A model generated the notes under the pieces. That model saw only the letters and a program-made list of their open reading frames with translations, was not told the origin of the DNA and ran no database searches. From Lytechinus pictus (Eukaryota), in assembly GCF_037042905.1 (NCBI RefSeq), contig NC_087250.1, positions 10,852,001 to 10,916,000 of the forward strand: 64,000 nt of DNA. The letters run 5' to 3'. Below, piece after piece: positions 1 through 11,393 of this stretch (position 1 is the stretch's first letter; each line of letters opens with the position of its first letter). The position numbers were made by a program, and so were the translations under genes.

Positions 1-28
1 GCGAGTAGAGATGATGAGTAGTAGAGAG

Positions 29-69
29 ACTCGACGTTTCGGGCAGGTTGACTGTCCGTCTTAAGGAGT
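29..69 (-). ncRNA. Minimal type-I hammerhead ribozyme motif (degenerate), Penelope pLTR type
   Basis: Minus strand reads ACTC-CTTAAGA-C-GGACAG-TCAAC-CTGCCC-GAA-ACGT-C-GAGT: stem I ACTC/GAGT, core CUGANGA altered to CUUAAGA, stem II with one mismatch, GAAACGUC with palindromic ACGU. Confidence 0.75.
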
Positions 70-684
70 GAGTGTTCGCTGTTGTTGTTGTTATTTTAAA
101 TAGGCAAACTAGTCAGTTTTGACTATTGTTGCCTTGTAAATTTGCTTTCCCTTTTTTTTCAAAAAGAATAATTTCTTTGTTCAATCTATATCAGTTGAAA
201 AAAGTAAAGGAAAGATAGGAAAGAAAAGTTCCTAGGAAATCGTGCAAGACCACCTCTCCTGCCCTGTATTAGTACGTTATCCTGACAAGCCCGCTCGAGG
301 TACATTTCGAGGGCGTCTCAGGCGTACAAACAAATTGTACTCCCTATGTCTCTCAAACGTGAGCAGGTGGCGCTCTATCCGATACCTCGTAGAACTCCAT
401 TTAAAATTCCGCAGGTGAAAATTTATGTCAAATCGATCAGATCAATTAATATCAACATTTTTTTTTTATAACTTTTTAACAAACAAAAAAAAACATTTAC
501 AGTAGAGTAAATACTGACATTCAAGGGCCATATGATAAAGTGAAAGTGACAAGAAAGGTGCACACATAGACTATTTAGGTGAAAACATCATCGATTACAT
601 CATAAACAATTACCCCCCAAGATCGATGAATAATATTATATATACACCTTGCTCAGAAAAAGTATTATGGTTACGAAGTCTTGA

Positions 685-1164
685 CTACACCCTGTTGTAA
701 TGGTTGCCATCCTGGCAACCATATTGAAATCTATAAGTCCTTTTGAAATATCTGATAAGTGCACTTTGGGTCTTTACTGCGAGATTCTCCACTTTACGTT
801 CCGCATCAGAGATATTTTTAACATTTAATTCAGCAAGTAATAGGGCTCGTTGAATTATAAATCTAGGGCAAACATATAAAAAGTGGTAAATCGTTTCTCT
901 TTCATTGCAGAAATCACACTTTCCAGTTGTGTGTCTTCCCGTCTTAAAAAGGAAGTCATTCAAACCCAAACCTCCCAAACGTAATCTGTGGATCATTTTT
1001 TCACCACTTTTGTCTGTGCAGAGATAATCAAAGGGTGTTTTTTCTGATACAACTTTCTGGTATTTTCTTAATTCTGAAGTTGACTTGTCCCATCTCTTCT
1101 GCCATTCATTTCTTGCAAGGACTCTTACAATCTTTTTTGTTTCTTGGATATTCAAACCATTCAA
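685..1164 (-). pseudogene. C-terminal part of LINE ORF2 (CCHC zinc finger)
   Basis: WQKRWD...IHRLRLG...CDFCNERETIYHFLYVCPRF, typical I-clade ORF2 C terminus; separated from the main ORF by a frameshifting deletion in RNase H. Confidence 0.85.
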
Positions 1165-4100
1165 ACCAATTCTGATCTATACGATGATGTAAAATTTTGC
1201 ATTCTTTTACATTCAATTACCCGCATAGCAGGCACGTAAAAACAAGCAGAGGCATTGCCGTGCACCGGGTCTCTCGAACCATCAGTGTCAATATGGAGAT
1301 TCTCTCTCCACTTTGTATTAATATACTCCACAGTTGTGTTATATTGATAAAAAACGTTATCACTTTTGGATACAAGCTCATGCAGCTTCAATGACACTTC
1401 TGGTGGAGAGAGATGCCAAGGAGGCAAGGGTGTATAAGACTGAAAAGATTCAGTTGTGTAGTATATCTCATCTTCCAAAACTCTCAAACCAAAAGGTTTT
1501 CGTGCTTTCTTATTTTTTTCGTATTCAAATTGCCAACAGTTCTTCAATGAAGATTGGAGTGGGTGTTTGGCATTTTGTCTTATTTTTGCTTTGTAAACCT
1601 TGCTAAGCATGTATCTTCTCAGATCGAGTGGTAATTCACCAGTATCTACCTGTAAGGATTCCAGGGAGGTACCCGGCAACGCCCCTGTGCACAATTTTAA
1701 AGCCTGGTATTGAATAGTCAACAAGAAGTTCTTCACATGATCATGAGCTGAATCATATGCTTCTGCTGCATAATCCAACAATGGCCTGATGACCACTTTA
1801 TAAAAAGTCAAAAGGCTTTTATAACTACTTCCCCACTTAGTTCCCACTAGTCTTTTCATTATATTTATTTTCTTTTTTGCTCTTGTTACAATCATATTTA
1901 TATGTGGTCTCCATGTTAACTTTCTATCCAGTACTACTCCTAAAAATAGATGTTCGTCCTTTTGTGGTAAGGGGACCTCATCTAATTCAATCTGTACACA
2001 TTTGTTAGTGTTACTAAAAAGCAAAGTAACAGATTTTTCTTTAGAAAGGGTAAAACCCCATCTGTTGAACCACTCATTTAGGATATTCACATAGGTTTGT
2101 ACTTTTCTTTTTAGAAAATCAATGTTTTTTCCACTTTTCCATATAACACAGTCGTCTGCGTATATAGAAATATTGACAGATTCGTCCATTGGTATGTCCG
2201 ACAACATTAAATTGAAAAGGACGGGACTTAGGGAACTACCCTGCGGTAGCCCTTCATCTATGTCCTGTATAACTGAGAGGTACTTATTTACCCTGACCTG
2301 GAAAGAGCGCCCGCTTAAATAGTTCCATAAGAACTTGACCATGTTGCCTTGGAAACCAAGTTTATTAAGTTTATAAATCAAGCCTTCCTTCCATAGTCTA
2401 TCATAAGCCTTCTCCATGTCAAAGAAAACGGCCAGGGTATGTTCTTTATTCCCAATACTTTTTTGAATGTCATTTTCAAGTTGGGTTATATTGTCTTTTG
2501 TGCTTCTTGCCTTTCTAAAAGCACTGTGGCAAGATGGTAACAAACTATGTTTTTCCGTAAACCATACCATTCTTTCTTTGATGATTTTCTCAACTATTTT
2601 GATGAAACAGTCATTAAGAGCGATAGGCCTGTAGGAAGAAACGTCTGTAGCTTCCTTGTGTGGTTTCAATATTGGGACTATGACGCAATGCTTACATTGG
2701 AGGGGAACAATTCCTGTTTCCCATATGCTATTAATTATAGTTAACATTATCACTCTCCCTTTGTGTGAGAGATTTTTATATACTTCATACCCAACGCCAT
2801 CTTTACCTGGAGAAGACTTTTTACATTTTTTTAAAGATATTCTCAATTCGTACATGGTAAAGGGTTCATTAAGGACACTACTACCCTTAGCATCACCAAA
2901 TGATGATATGATGTCCTCATATTTTTTAACAATATCTATTTGTTCAGGGGTAAAAACTTTGCCCTTAAAACTATCGTTTATGTTTTTAAAGTGGTTGGCG
3001 AAAGTATCCGCAACGTCATTGCCAGTAACAACGGAACTATTCTCTCGCATGAGAACAATGTTTTTCCTGGGCGAAATACCATCATTATTGATCCTTTTAA
3101 TCATATTCCAGATCTCGGATAAAGGAGTAAAACGATCAATGTCTTGACAGTACTTTTCCCAGTAAACTCTTTTGGCTTGCCTTAAAGTTTTCTGGGCAAT
3201 AGATCTTTTCTTCTTAAAATCCTCCAATAAATCTGGAGGGGGTATTACATAACTTTTCAATTTGCTCCTTACTCTATTTCTCTCCTTTATTTTAGAGGAA
3301 CATTCTTTATTCCACCATGGTACTGGGTTTTTCTTAATATTCTTGGTAGCTCGATGTCCTTTCAAATTTTCCAGGGTAATCTTAATTGATTCCATGAAAG
3401 AATCGAACTCTATGACCTTGCCTCCTTTCTGTAAGGTATTCCACTGCTCATCAGTTTGCCGCCTAAATTCATCCCAATTTACATTCTTTGTGGATAACAT
3501 TGAACTGATAGACTGGGAGTGGTCGATCTTTGTTTGCGTACCATTTCCTTTCAGTATGTTCAACTGGCTTAACAATGGATAATGGTCACTTCCAAAGCTG
3601 TTGTTCAGGACCTGCCACGTTGTTTTGTTCGCTGTACAAGGAGGGGCTAATGTTAGATCCAAACAAGAAAAATTACCCGTGTGGTAGTCTACTCTAGTGG
3701 CACTTCCATCATTTAAGATAACAAGATTTCTCTCGTTTGCAAATTCTTCCACTACTTTGCCATTAGCATCTGTTTTTTTACTGCCCCATAATGTATTATG
3801 GGCATTAAAGTCTCCCAATATTACAAAGTTGTTCCCCCTCACATTTTTTAAAAGTTCATTCAGCGAATCTGTGCTAAGTTTGCTGCACGGGTTGTAGAAA
3901 TTAACTACATTTAAAATCTCATCATCCAATAAAATTTCTAATGATATGATCTCCAGATCATCGTGTTTAAAAACACCTTTGTAGTTTAGTGAGGAATGGA
4001 CGTATATAGCGCAACCCCCTCGGGACCCTCCTTTTCTATTCCTATATTCACATATATAGTCTGGTATCTGTAAGACCCTCCCCTCTTCTAACCAAGTTTC

Positions 4101-4259
4101 TTGTACACAAATAATTTCTAAGGGTCTTTTTTGTTGATTCAAAAATCTAATAAGCTCATCCCCGTGGCATTCAAGACCCTGTGCATTCCACTGGAGAATG
4201 CTGAATGCCACGAGGGTGATCAGACTAGTAGAATAGGCTGCGAATCGACTGTAAATCAA
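1161..4259 (-). CDS. LINE ORF2: apurinic endonuclease + reverse transcriptase + truncated RNase H
   Basis: ILQWNAQGL, ICVQETWL, GDFNAH, SDHYP (APE); SYRPIAL, FFDMEKAYD, GLPQGSSLSP, YADD (RT); IDTDGS...SSYRSEL (RNase H start). The real start is probably near 4214. Confidence 0.93.
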   Translation of the reverse strand: MIYSRFAAYSTSLITLVAFSILQWNAQGLECHGDELIRFLNQQKRPLEIICVQETWLEEGRVLQIPDYICEYRNRKGGSRGGCAIYVHSSLNYKGVFKHDDLEIISLEILLDDEILNVVNFYNPCSKLSTDSLNELLKNVRGNNFVILGDFNAHNTLWGSKKTDANGKVVEEFANERNLVILNDGSATRVDYHTGNFSCLDLTLAPPCTANKTTWQVLNNSFGSDHYPLLSQLNILKGNGTQTKIDHSQSISSMLSTKNVNWDEFRRQTDEQWNTLQKGGKVIEFDSFMESIKITLENLKGHRATKNIKKNPVPWWNKECSSKIKERNRVRSKLKSYVIPPPDLLEDFKKKRSIAQKTLRQAKRVYWEKYCQDIDRFTPLSEIWNMIKRINNDGISPRKNIVLMRENSSVVTGNDVADTFANHFKNINDSFKGKVFTPEQIDIVKKYEDIISSFGDAKGSSVLNEPFTMYELRISLKKCKKSSPGKDGVGYEVYKNLSHKGRVIMLTIINSIWETGIVPLQCKHCVIVPILKPHKEATDVSSYRPIALNDCFIKIVEKIIKERMVWFTEKHSLLPSCHSAFRKARSTKDNITQLENDIQKSIGNKEHTLAVFFDMEKAYDRLWKEGLIYKLNKLGFQGNMVKFLWNYLSGRSFQVRVNKYLSVIQDIDEGLPQGSSLSPVLFNLMLSDIPMDESVNISIYADDCVIWKSGKNIDFLKRKVQTYVNILNEWFNRWGFTLSKEKSVTLLFSNTNKCVQIELDEVPLPQKDEHLFLGVVLDRKLTWRPHINMIVTRAKKKINIMKRLVGTKWGSSYKSLLTFYKVVIRPLLDYAAEAYDSAHDHVKNFLLTIQYQALKLCTGALPGTSLESLQVDTGELPLDLRRYMLSKVYKAKIRQNAKHPLQSSLKNCWQFEYEKNKKARKPFGLRVLEDEIYYTTESFQSYTPLPPWHLSPPEVSLKLHELVSKSDNVFYQYNTTVEYINTKWRENLHIDTDGSRDPVHGNASACFYVPAMRVIECKRMQNFTSSYRSELV

Positions 4260-5400
4260 CGTCTGTGGGATGTAAACCCAGAGTATCTTTCAAAATATGT
4301 GTTATTTCATCAAATGGATTACAGTCAGGCTTTGTTACTATTCTGATTAGTCTAATAAAGAAAGAAATAAGTGTGATGTCTGAAGCACCTTTCAAGAAAT
4401 TACTATGCGTTTGGCCTACATTCTCAGACATTTTACTTGTCACCTCTGTTTTGGTAGAAAATTGCGAATCGGAGCGTAGTCTCACTGCTTGCGCATATGA
4501 GATGCGATTTTGTACTTTAATTTGCTGCACTTCTTGTGCTTCTTTTGATGCCTCACAACCTTTATAAGCAGCCGAATGATTACCATTGCAATTTACACAT
4601 TTGAAATGTTGTCGCTCCAGTTCGCAATTTTCTACCGAATGTCCTAGGCCACATCTGGGGCACCTTTCCTTAGCACTACATCCACTTGCTAAATGCCCGT
4701 ATCTTTGGCATTTAAAGCACCTGGGTGCTGGTGGAATGTATTCCTTGACTCTTATTTTCTGGAAGCAAAATTCAACATGTTCTGGAATTTAGGGGGGTAG
4801 AGAAAAACAATATTACTGTCTTTAGGGGCTTCATATCACCCTCAATTCGTTTCTTCATTCTCTCAACCTTCACTACTCTGCTTTGTTCTAGCTCCTTCAG
4901 AATATCTTCCTCAGAAGTTTCTAGAGAAATTCCAAATATGACCCCTTTCGAGGCATAGGTTTTTCCTCTATTTTGACTGGAATATTGCCAATCTCTGGTA
5001 TCTGAGTTAAGGCTTTTCGTTGCTTGTCATTTTTACACTTTACTAAGAGACCCTTCCCACCTCGTACAAACTTAATGAAGTCAGGGGGAGACCTGCAAGC
5101 CTTTCCAATATTCTTCTTGACAGTTAGTTCATTAACTACACTAAGGTTTTTATTTCTATCAATAGGTACTAAGAGTATCTTTAGGTGGTCTGCTTTTGGG
5201 GCATTTATTCCTGTTTTGAAAGGAGTTGACGGTGGTGTGCCAAAATCGGTATCCGCTGCCAGCTCTTCAACATCACTTAAACTACCTTCTCTCATTCTTT
5301 TCTTGGCTAATTTTAGTTTTCTTATTACTTGAAAACCTCCCTCCTCTTCTGGAGGCTTGCGGTGAGCTAGATTCTCCGCCACGTTAGTGGCGCCCGCCAT
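4225..5400 (-). pseudogene. LINE ORF1 (gag-like nucleic-acid-binding protein), two frameshifts
   Basis: ATG at 5400; frameshifts near 4945 and 4790; manual translation gives RCFKCQRYGHLASGC...CPRCGLGHSVENC...CVNCNGNHSAAYKGC, running to the stop at 4225. Confidence 0.85.
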
Positions 5401-5645
5401 TGTGGTTTGGCGGGAAATTCAAACCCTCGCTATATCTAAGTGCAGAGTGCGTGAAAGGCCCAAAAATGTCAGCTTACCCTTCTGCAATCCGAATTTCCTC
5501 AAAATTAGCGATAGCAAAATCCAAAAGGATCCAAGGTATAAATCCTAATTCCTATATAAATCCAAAAGATAGTCCAAAATCGAAAATGAAACAGCATAGC
5601 ACAACAACTCGACTCGACTCGTATCGTGACGAGAGACGTAAACCT

Positions 5646-7407
5646 CGGCGTGCGGCAGTACTTATGACGTACGTGCGGACGTGGGGGAAAGCGCTGGGCC
5701 GGCGGTCACGGCGGGCTGACGTCGTAGGTGGCGCTCTGTGCGTGGGTCGGCGGTTTTGGCGGGAAAAGAGTTGGCGTGGTATGCGGACGCGGTGTGTAGA
5801 CGACGGGGTGAGTTACGGCGGCGTGTGTGTGTGTCGGCGGCGTGGTAGGTACATCAGTGGTGGCGTTCTGTGCGTGTTGGTCGGCGGACTCGTCGGGTAG
5901 GCTTCGGCGGGAGTGAGTGGGTGGCCTGGTGTACGGATGAGGTGTTGGGTCGTCGGCGGAGGTTGTAGCGAGGTGTCGGTGGCGGCGGTGTGTGCGTCGG
6001 CGAAGTCGCTGGTTGAGTTGGTGGTTCGATCAGACTGCTGTGTTTGGTAGGAGGGCTTGGTGGGGTGACGGTGGTTGGCGGTTTGCTTGTGGAGTTGGTT
6101 GTGGATTGGTTGGAAGTTGGGTGGTGACGTAGGATTGGGTGCCAGATGCTGTTGATGTGGAGGCCAGGGTCTTGAGGCACGGTGTTGTGTTGATGTATCT
6201 CAATGGCTTCCCTGACCCTTCTGGTATTCCAGTGCCGGATGTTGGTGATTAGATGGCTCTTGTCCCAGTCTATGCGGTGATTTTCCTGTTGTGCGTGTTT
6301 GACAATGGCAGATCGGTCCCAGTCGCTGCGTCGGTGGTGGGTCTTGTGTTCCTTGAGTCTGGTGTCGAAGTCTCGGCCGGTTTCTCCAATGTAGACTTTG
6401 CCACAGTCGCAGGGGATCTTGTAGACGCCTGGTTGCTTGTTGGATGGGTGCTTGTCCTTGTGAGAGTGCAGGATGGAGTGTAGCTTGCGAGAGGATTGGT
6501 GTCTGACGAGGATGTTGGCAGAGTGAAGGATGCGTTGTAGTCGGTGTGAAGTCTTGCCGATGTAGGGAAGTGCTATGGTGGCGATAGGTTTGGTTTGGGA
6601 TGGGTTTTCGATGCTGTTGGTGCTGGGTTGGTGGTTGGACGGTTGAGTGTTGATCCTTCTTCTGGGGTAATGGTTGATGGTGGTGAGTGCATTGGTCACG
6701 TGCTTGAGTTCCTGCTGTAAGTGTGCCTTGTCGCTGAGTTGGTGGGCTCGTCTGACGAGAGTGTCGGCGACTGATTGGTGGACGGATGGGTGGTGGTGTG
6801 AGCGGAAATTGAGGTAGCGGTCTGTGTGGGTGGGTTTTCGGTACACCTGGTGAGATGGGAATCCAGATGGTGTCTTGGTGATGAGGACGTCTAGAAAAGG
6901 AATTGAGTTGTCGTGTTGGGTCTCCATGGTGAACTTGATGCTGGGGTGCTGGTGGTTGAGGTGGTTGAGAAACTGGTGAAGGTCAGGTGTGCTGTGCGGC
7001 CAGATGACAAAGGTGTCGTCGACGTAGCGGAGCCAGAGTGAAGGAGGTTTGTCCGCAGTCTTGAGTGCTTGGTGCTCGAAATGTTCCATGAAGATGTTAG
7101 CGATGATTGGTGAGAGAGGTGAACCCATGGCTGCTCCTTGTAGTTGTTTGTAGTAGTTGTTGCGCCATTTGAAGGAGTTGGAGTTGAGACAGGTGAGGAG
7201 AAGGTCATGGATCTGGTCTGGTGTGAGAGTGGTTCTCGATGCAAGGTCTTGGTCGGTGATCAGGCGTTGCTTGATGATGTCACATGCTTGGTCTACAGGT
7301 ACGCTGGTGAAGAGGGAGACGACATCAAAGCTGACAAGTGTGTCGGATGGCCGGATCTTGGTCTTGGAGACGACGTCAATGAAGTGCTTGGAGTTGGTGA
7401 CATGGTG
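5646..7407 (-). mobile_element. 5'-truncated Penelope/Poseidon-type retroelement
   Basis: RT plus GIY-YIG ORF and a GC-rich 3' region, which probably continues at 1-80 beyond the LINE. Confidence 0.85.
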
Positions 7408-7416
7408 CCGACTCAA
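5854..7416 (-). CDS. Penelope-like RT + GIY-YIG endonuclease (N-terminally truncated) with Pro/Thr-rich tail
   Basis: SFDVVSLFT, GAAMGSPLSP, RYVDD, YRKPTHTDRYL, GVYKIPCDCGKVYIGETGR, EAIEI; no CCHH finger before the nuclease. Confidence 0.92.
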   Translation of the reverse strand: MSRHHVTNSKHFIDVVSKTKIRPSDTLVSFDVVSLFTSVPVDQACDIIKQRLITDQDLASRTTLTPDQIHDLLLTCLNSNSFKWRNNYYKQLQGAAMGSPLSPIIANIFMEHFEHQALKTADKPPSLWLRYVDDTFVIWPHSTPDLHQFLNHLNHQHPSIKFTMETQHDNSIPFLDVLITKTPSGFPSHQVYRKPTHTDRYLNFRSHHHPSVHQSVADTLVRRAHQLSDKAHLQQELKHVTNALTTINHYPRRRINTQPSNHQPSTNSIENPSQTKPIATIALPYIGKTSHRLQRILHSANILVRHQSSRKLHSILHSHKDKHPSNKQPGVYKIPCDCGKVYIGETGRDFDTRLKEHKTHHRRSDWDRSAIVKHAQQENHRIDWDKSHLITNIRHWNTRRVREAIEIHQHNTVPQDPGLHINSIWHPILRHHPTSNQSTTNSTSKPPTTVTPPSPPTKHSSLIEPPTQPATSPTHTPPPPTPRYNLRRRPNTSSVHQATHSLPPKPTRRVRRPTRTERHH

Positions 7417-8180
7417 GCCAGCATCTCCTCATCGGCTCTACTACTCAAGCTGTTCTCAACTCTTCAATCTTTCCTGGTTTACAGTCCTTTTCAGGACTAC
7501 TTGCAAGAAAGAATACTCTACTCTCAAATCTCCACTTTCTCGCCTATCCATTTCTTCTCTTCTTCTATCCACTGTTTCTATGACACTACACATGGTGTAC
7601 CGTAAACCACATCAGCGATGGTTTTTCGTAATTGTTATGTACTAAAACCTTTCCCACTATTTCCTTTATAAACCTATTTCGATAATCAGATGAAAAAAAT
7701 ATACAGCTACGTGGAGAAAAATCCCGAAAAAAGGAAATCATTTCAACTTTACCCGAATTTTTCGTTGGAGTCAGACGGGGAGGATAAATTTTGTGACGTG
7801 CACGTACGCGCGCGCACACTAGACCTTATCACGTGATTTGTTCTGATCACGTGATTTGATCCATATCGTTGTTCTGAAAGATAAGCTAAAATCTTTTCTG
7901 GAAGATCGTCACGTAATAACCTACGCGTTTATTCACCATTTTCGTCTTATTTGTTTCATCAAGAAGATATCACTCTAGATAGAATGATATCTCTTTGGTT
8001 TCATCAATCGATTGTATTTTCAGAAAACCAAAAAGCTTGTAACGCCTTTTTAGTACTTTGAGCTGATCGCGGTGCACTTTTGAACTTTTTCCCTCCCCAT
8101 CATCCCTCTTCTCATTATTTTCTCTACTATTCTAGAAAAAAGAAGAGAAAAGAAAGCAGTTTAGCACACCATTTATCTTA

Positions 8181-11100
8181 TAGTCAGGTCCAGATTTAAA
8201 AAAATGTGCTCTGAAAAAGTGCTTTAGGCATTTTGTGTTAATGCTGATTTATCAATTGTTTTAAGGTAATTCAGGGGTGCTGAATCCAAAAATGCTGTTT
8301 GCCAAACTTGATTCCGACGTTTTCATCCTCAAATCGGCAAAAAACAAAATGGCGGCATTTTTATATGCAGTTTTCCATATTAAACGATTTTCATGGGTGA
8401 TTGTATTTCAGAAATTGGGATCTATGCGTTATTTTTTATACCCAGGGTTGCAAACATAATGTGTCCGATTGATTCGTCAGCCATCTTTAATTCCAAGATG
8501 GCTGCCATGATTCAAAGCTGCTGATTGATAAATAATATGGCCAAATGTTTGATAATTTTGGGGTGATGCTGGCATATTCACATCGTGATATCTTTAACGT
8601 TTCCGCCATTTTTTTTCCTTGCCTGCATAGCAGAAGCGAGACATGGACGTCGCTTTTCCGACGGCGGCGATGACCATGGCGGCGGCGAAGTCAACATCAA
8701 ATCTTAACCGAGGTTAAGTTTTTGAAATGTCATAACTTTTAGGGTATAGATGTCTATTTCATAAAACTTAGGCATGTTTAACAAGGTTTAACAATGATTA
8801 AACAAAATCTATTGAGACAGGTTATAGTTACAAAAGGTCGTCAAGGTTACCTGAAAATCTAACATAGCGTCCACAACGGCAGTCGTTGTACCATCAACTC
8901 CAAAAATAACGTAAATCCTCAAAAGCGAAATCAAAATCGTCAAAAAGCTTTCAAGGCAGATAATGAAACAGGACATGTTTACAAGATAGTCGGTGAGTGT
9001 GTCAGAGAATCCAATATGATCTTCCAAAATGGCGTCTATAATGGACGCCAGTCTGGACGTTGTATCTTTGAAATGGACAAAATTCATACAATACCCACCA
9101 GGTAGAAATAACTTTGGGGTCTACCAAGAATAAAATAAAACTTAAAAAAATCATGGTTCCAAAGGGAAAAATTACATTGGAAAAATTTCAAGGTTTATCA
9201 GTGGTGCAGTTTTGCAAAAAAAAATGATGATGGCCTAAAAAATAGTTATTTCTTGAAAATCTGGCTCCAAAGTGCATATACCTAAATACATTAATGTGTC
9301 TTACCAGTGATTTCAAGGTTCAAATAATATAGGTGAAGACGAATTACATGGATACACCGTTGTACATTTTGTAAAAAAATTGAAGAACGCTCCAAAAATT
9401 ACATTCGAATTGGCCACCATTGATACAAAAAAGACAATACTTCATTCCCCATCTAGTGCCACTATTTTGGTGTCTCTACTTTTAAGACTCATGAAAATAC
9501 GTTTTACAAGAATTTGTGACATAATTAGATAGTGGTGCAACAATAAGTAAACATCCGAAAAACAAACTTTAAAAGCTAAGGTAAATTTTTACCTAAAAGT
9601 TCCATAATTCACTGATAAGTATTTCAAGACATGTCATTTATATGTGCTATCCTATGGTTTCAAGATTAGGGGACAGCATGCATTTTTACGCAATTTTAGA
9701 AGTCGCTTTGGACTTTTTACGACGAAAAGAAAAACTGACAATCCTTTTTATTTGTCCCGATTTATTATTTCAGCATTGAAACCCGCACAATAGTGTAGAT
9801 TTTGTTCACCCAATTATGACTATGTTTAGGTGATGGAAGTTTTTTTAGACTCATTTTGAAAGCCATCTTTAAATAATTGGTACAATGGACAGCTTCATAT
9901 CATTGTAACTAATCAAAAAGTATTATTTAACCCTTGAAATCATAGTGTAGACACCAAAATCATATTTCCCAGATGAATTCTAAATAGATTATGTCATTTT
10001 TTAAGTATCAGCAGCCATTTTAGAATCCTTAATTGGAAGCCATCTTGGATATTTAGACATACGGGACCATTGATTGCCCTTGTAACCTATCCTAATGTAT
10101 CACTTGACCATTTAAACCAAGGTTAAGACAACATAATCATATACCCCAGGCGGATATTAAACAAAGTATGTCAGATTTTAGGTAACAATAGCCATTTTAG
10201 ACTCCAATATTGGATGCCTTTTTAATTCTTGGACATGCTGAACCTCTGCCTGTCCATGTAGTTTGTCCTAATTTATTACTTGACCCTTTAAACCATGGGT
10301 TAAACACAAAAATCATATACCCCAGGCTGATATTTAACAAAGTATGTCAGTTTTTTTGGTAAGAACGGCCTATATAGACTCCATTTTTGGAAGCCATTAT
10401 GGATTTTTGGACATACTGGAAACACTAACTGTCCTTGTAACCTGTCCCAATCTAATATTTGACCCTTTAAACCATGCGTTATACTGAAAATTCATATTCT
10501 CCAGGCGGTTATAAAACATACTATGTCGGTTTGTAATTAACGACAGACATTTTATACTCCATTTTTGCAAACCATCTTGGATTTTGGGACATGGAGGACC
10601 ATAGACTATCTTTGGTACTTGTCCCAACGTATTTCTTGACCCATTAAACCATGTGTTAGACACCAACATCATATCCCCAAGGCAGATATTATTAAAGAAA
10701 ACTATGTCGGGTTTTAGGGTTTTTAGATAACAACAGCTATTTAGACTCCAATTTTGAAAGCCATCTTGGATTTTTGGACAAAGTGGACCGTTGGCTGGCC
10801 TTGTAACTTGTCCCGGTTTACTTCTTGACCCTTGAAAATCACCAATGAATAAAACCCAAATAAAATACATTAAAATAGGTAATCGATGAATTGTGAATTT
10901 TTAGGCCACGGCAGCCATTTTTACGCAATTTTTGATTTTCAGGTACCCTGGAGTGCTTATGTCCATTCTTTCCTTTTACCTCCTACACCATTGAATACAT
11001 GTATGCAACGGAAAATGTGTCTAGGGTAGATAAAGTGCCGGTTATTTAAATTTCAGTTGATGGCGGCCATCTTAGACGCCATCTTAAAACTAACCACATT

Positions 11101-11393
11101 ACCGGATCCCGATTTTGGTGGATTTTTAGCATGTTATTTCTGAGATCAAATGGTACCAAAAATCGTTGACAAAGATTTTTGTTACAAGTTTTGAGGGTCA
11201 GAATAGAGTAAAAATGGGTGTAGAATGGCGGCCATATTGTTTTTGCCAATTTGAGGACTTTAACATCAAAATCAAGGTTGGCAAACAGCAAATTTGGACT
11301 CAGCGCCCTCAAATTATGCTAAAACACTTCTCAATTCAGCATTAACACGATTTGCCTAAGGCAGTCTACTTTTCTCAAATCTGGACCTGACTA
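8181..11393. mobile_element. Non-autonomous long-TIR DNA transposon (Academ-like)
   Basis: Termini TAGTCAGGTCCAGATTT / AAATCTGGACCTGACTA, diverged TIRs of about 300 bp, 3-bp TSD TTA; the uninterrupted target sequence recurs near 13370-13420. Confidence 0.8.
9890..10840. repeat. Tandem array of about 180-bp units inside the Academ-like element
   Basis: Recurrent gccatcttgga...ttgacc..taaaccatg motifs; ttgacc at about 10106, 10280, 10459, 10636 and 10825. Confidence 0.75.

Larger units (their letters stand above)
81..5643 (-). mobile_element. I-clade (I/Nimb-like) non-LTR retrotransposon, near full length, defective
   Basis: ORF1 with three zinc knuckles; ORF2 APE-RT-RNase H start-CCHC; 3' hairpin (103-133) and (AAC)n tail at 81-92; flanked by 'ct' at 79-80 and 5644-5645. 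The 5' boundary is inferred. Confidence 0.85.

Noticed and set aside
2122..5332. Plus-strand ORFs over the LINE, and similar ones over the PLEs and Tc1
   Set aside because: Antisense shadows of TE coding frames.
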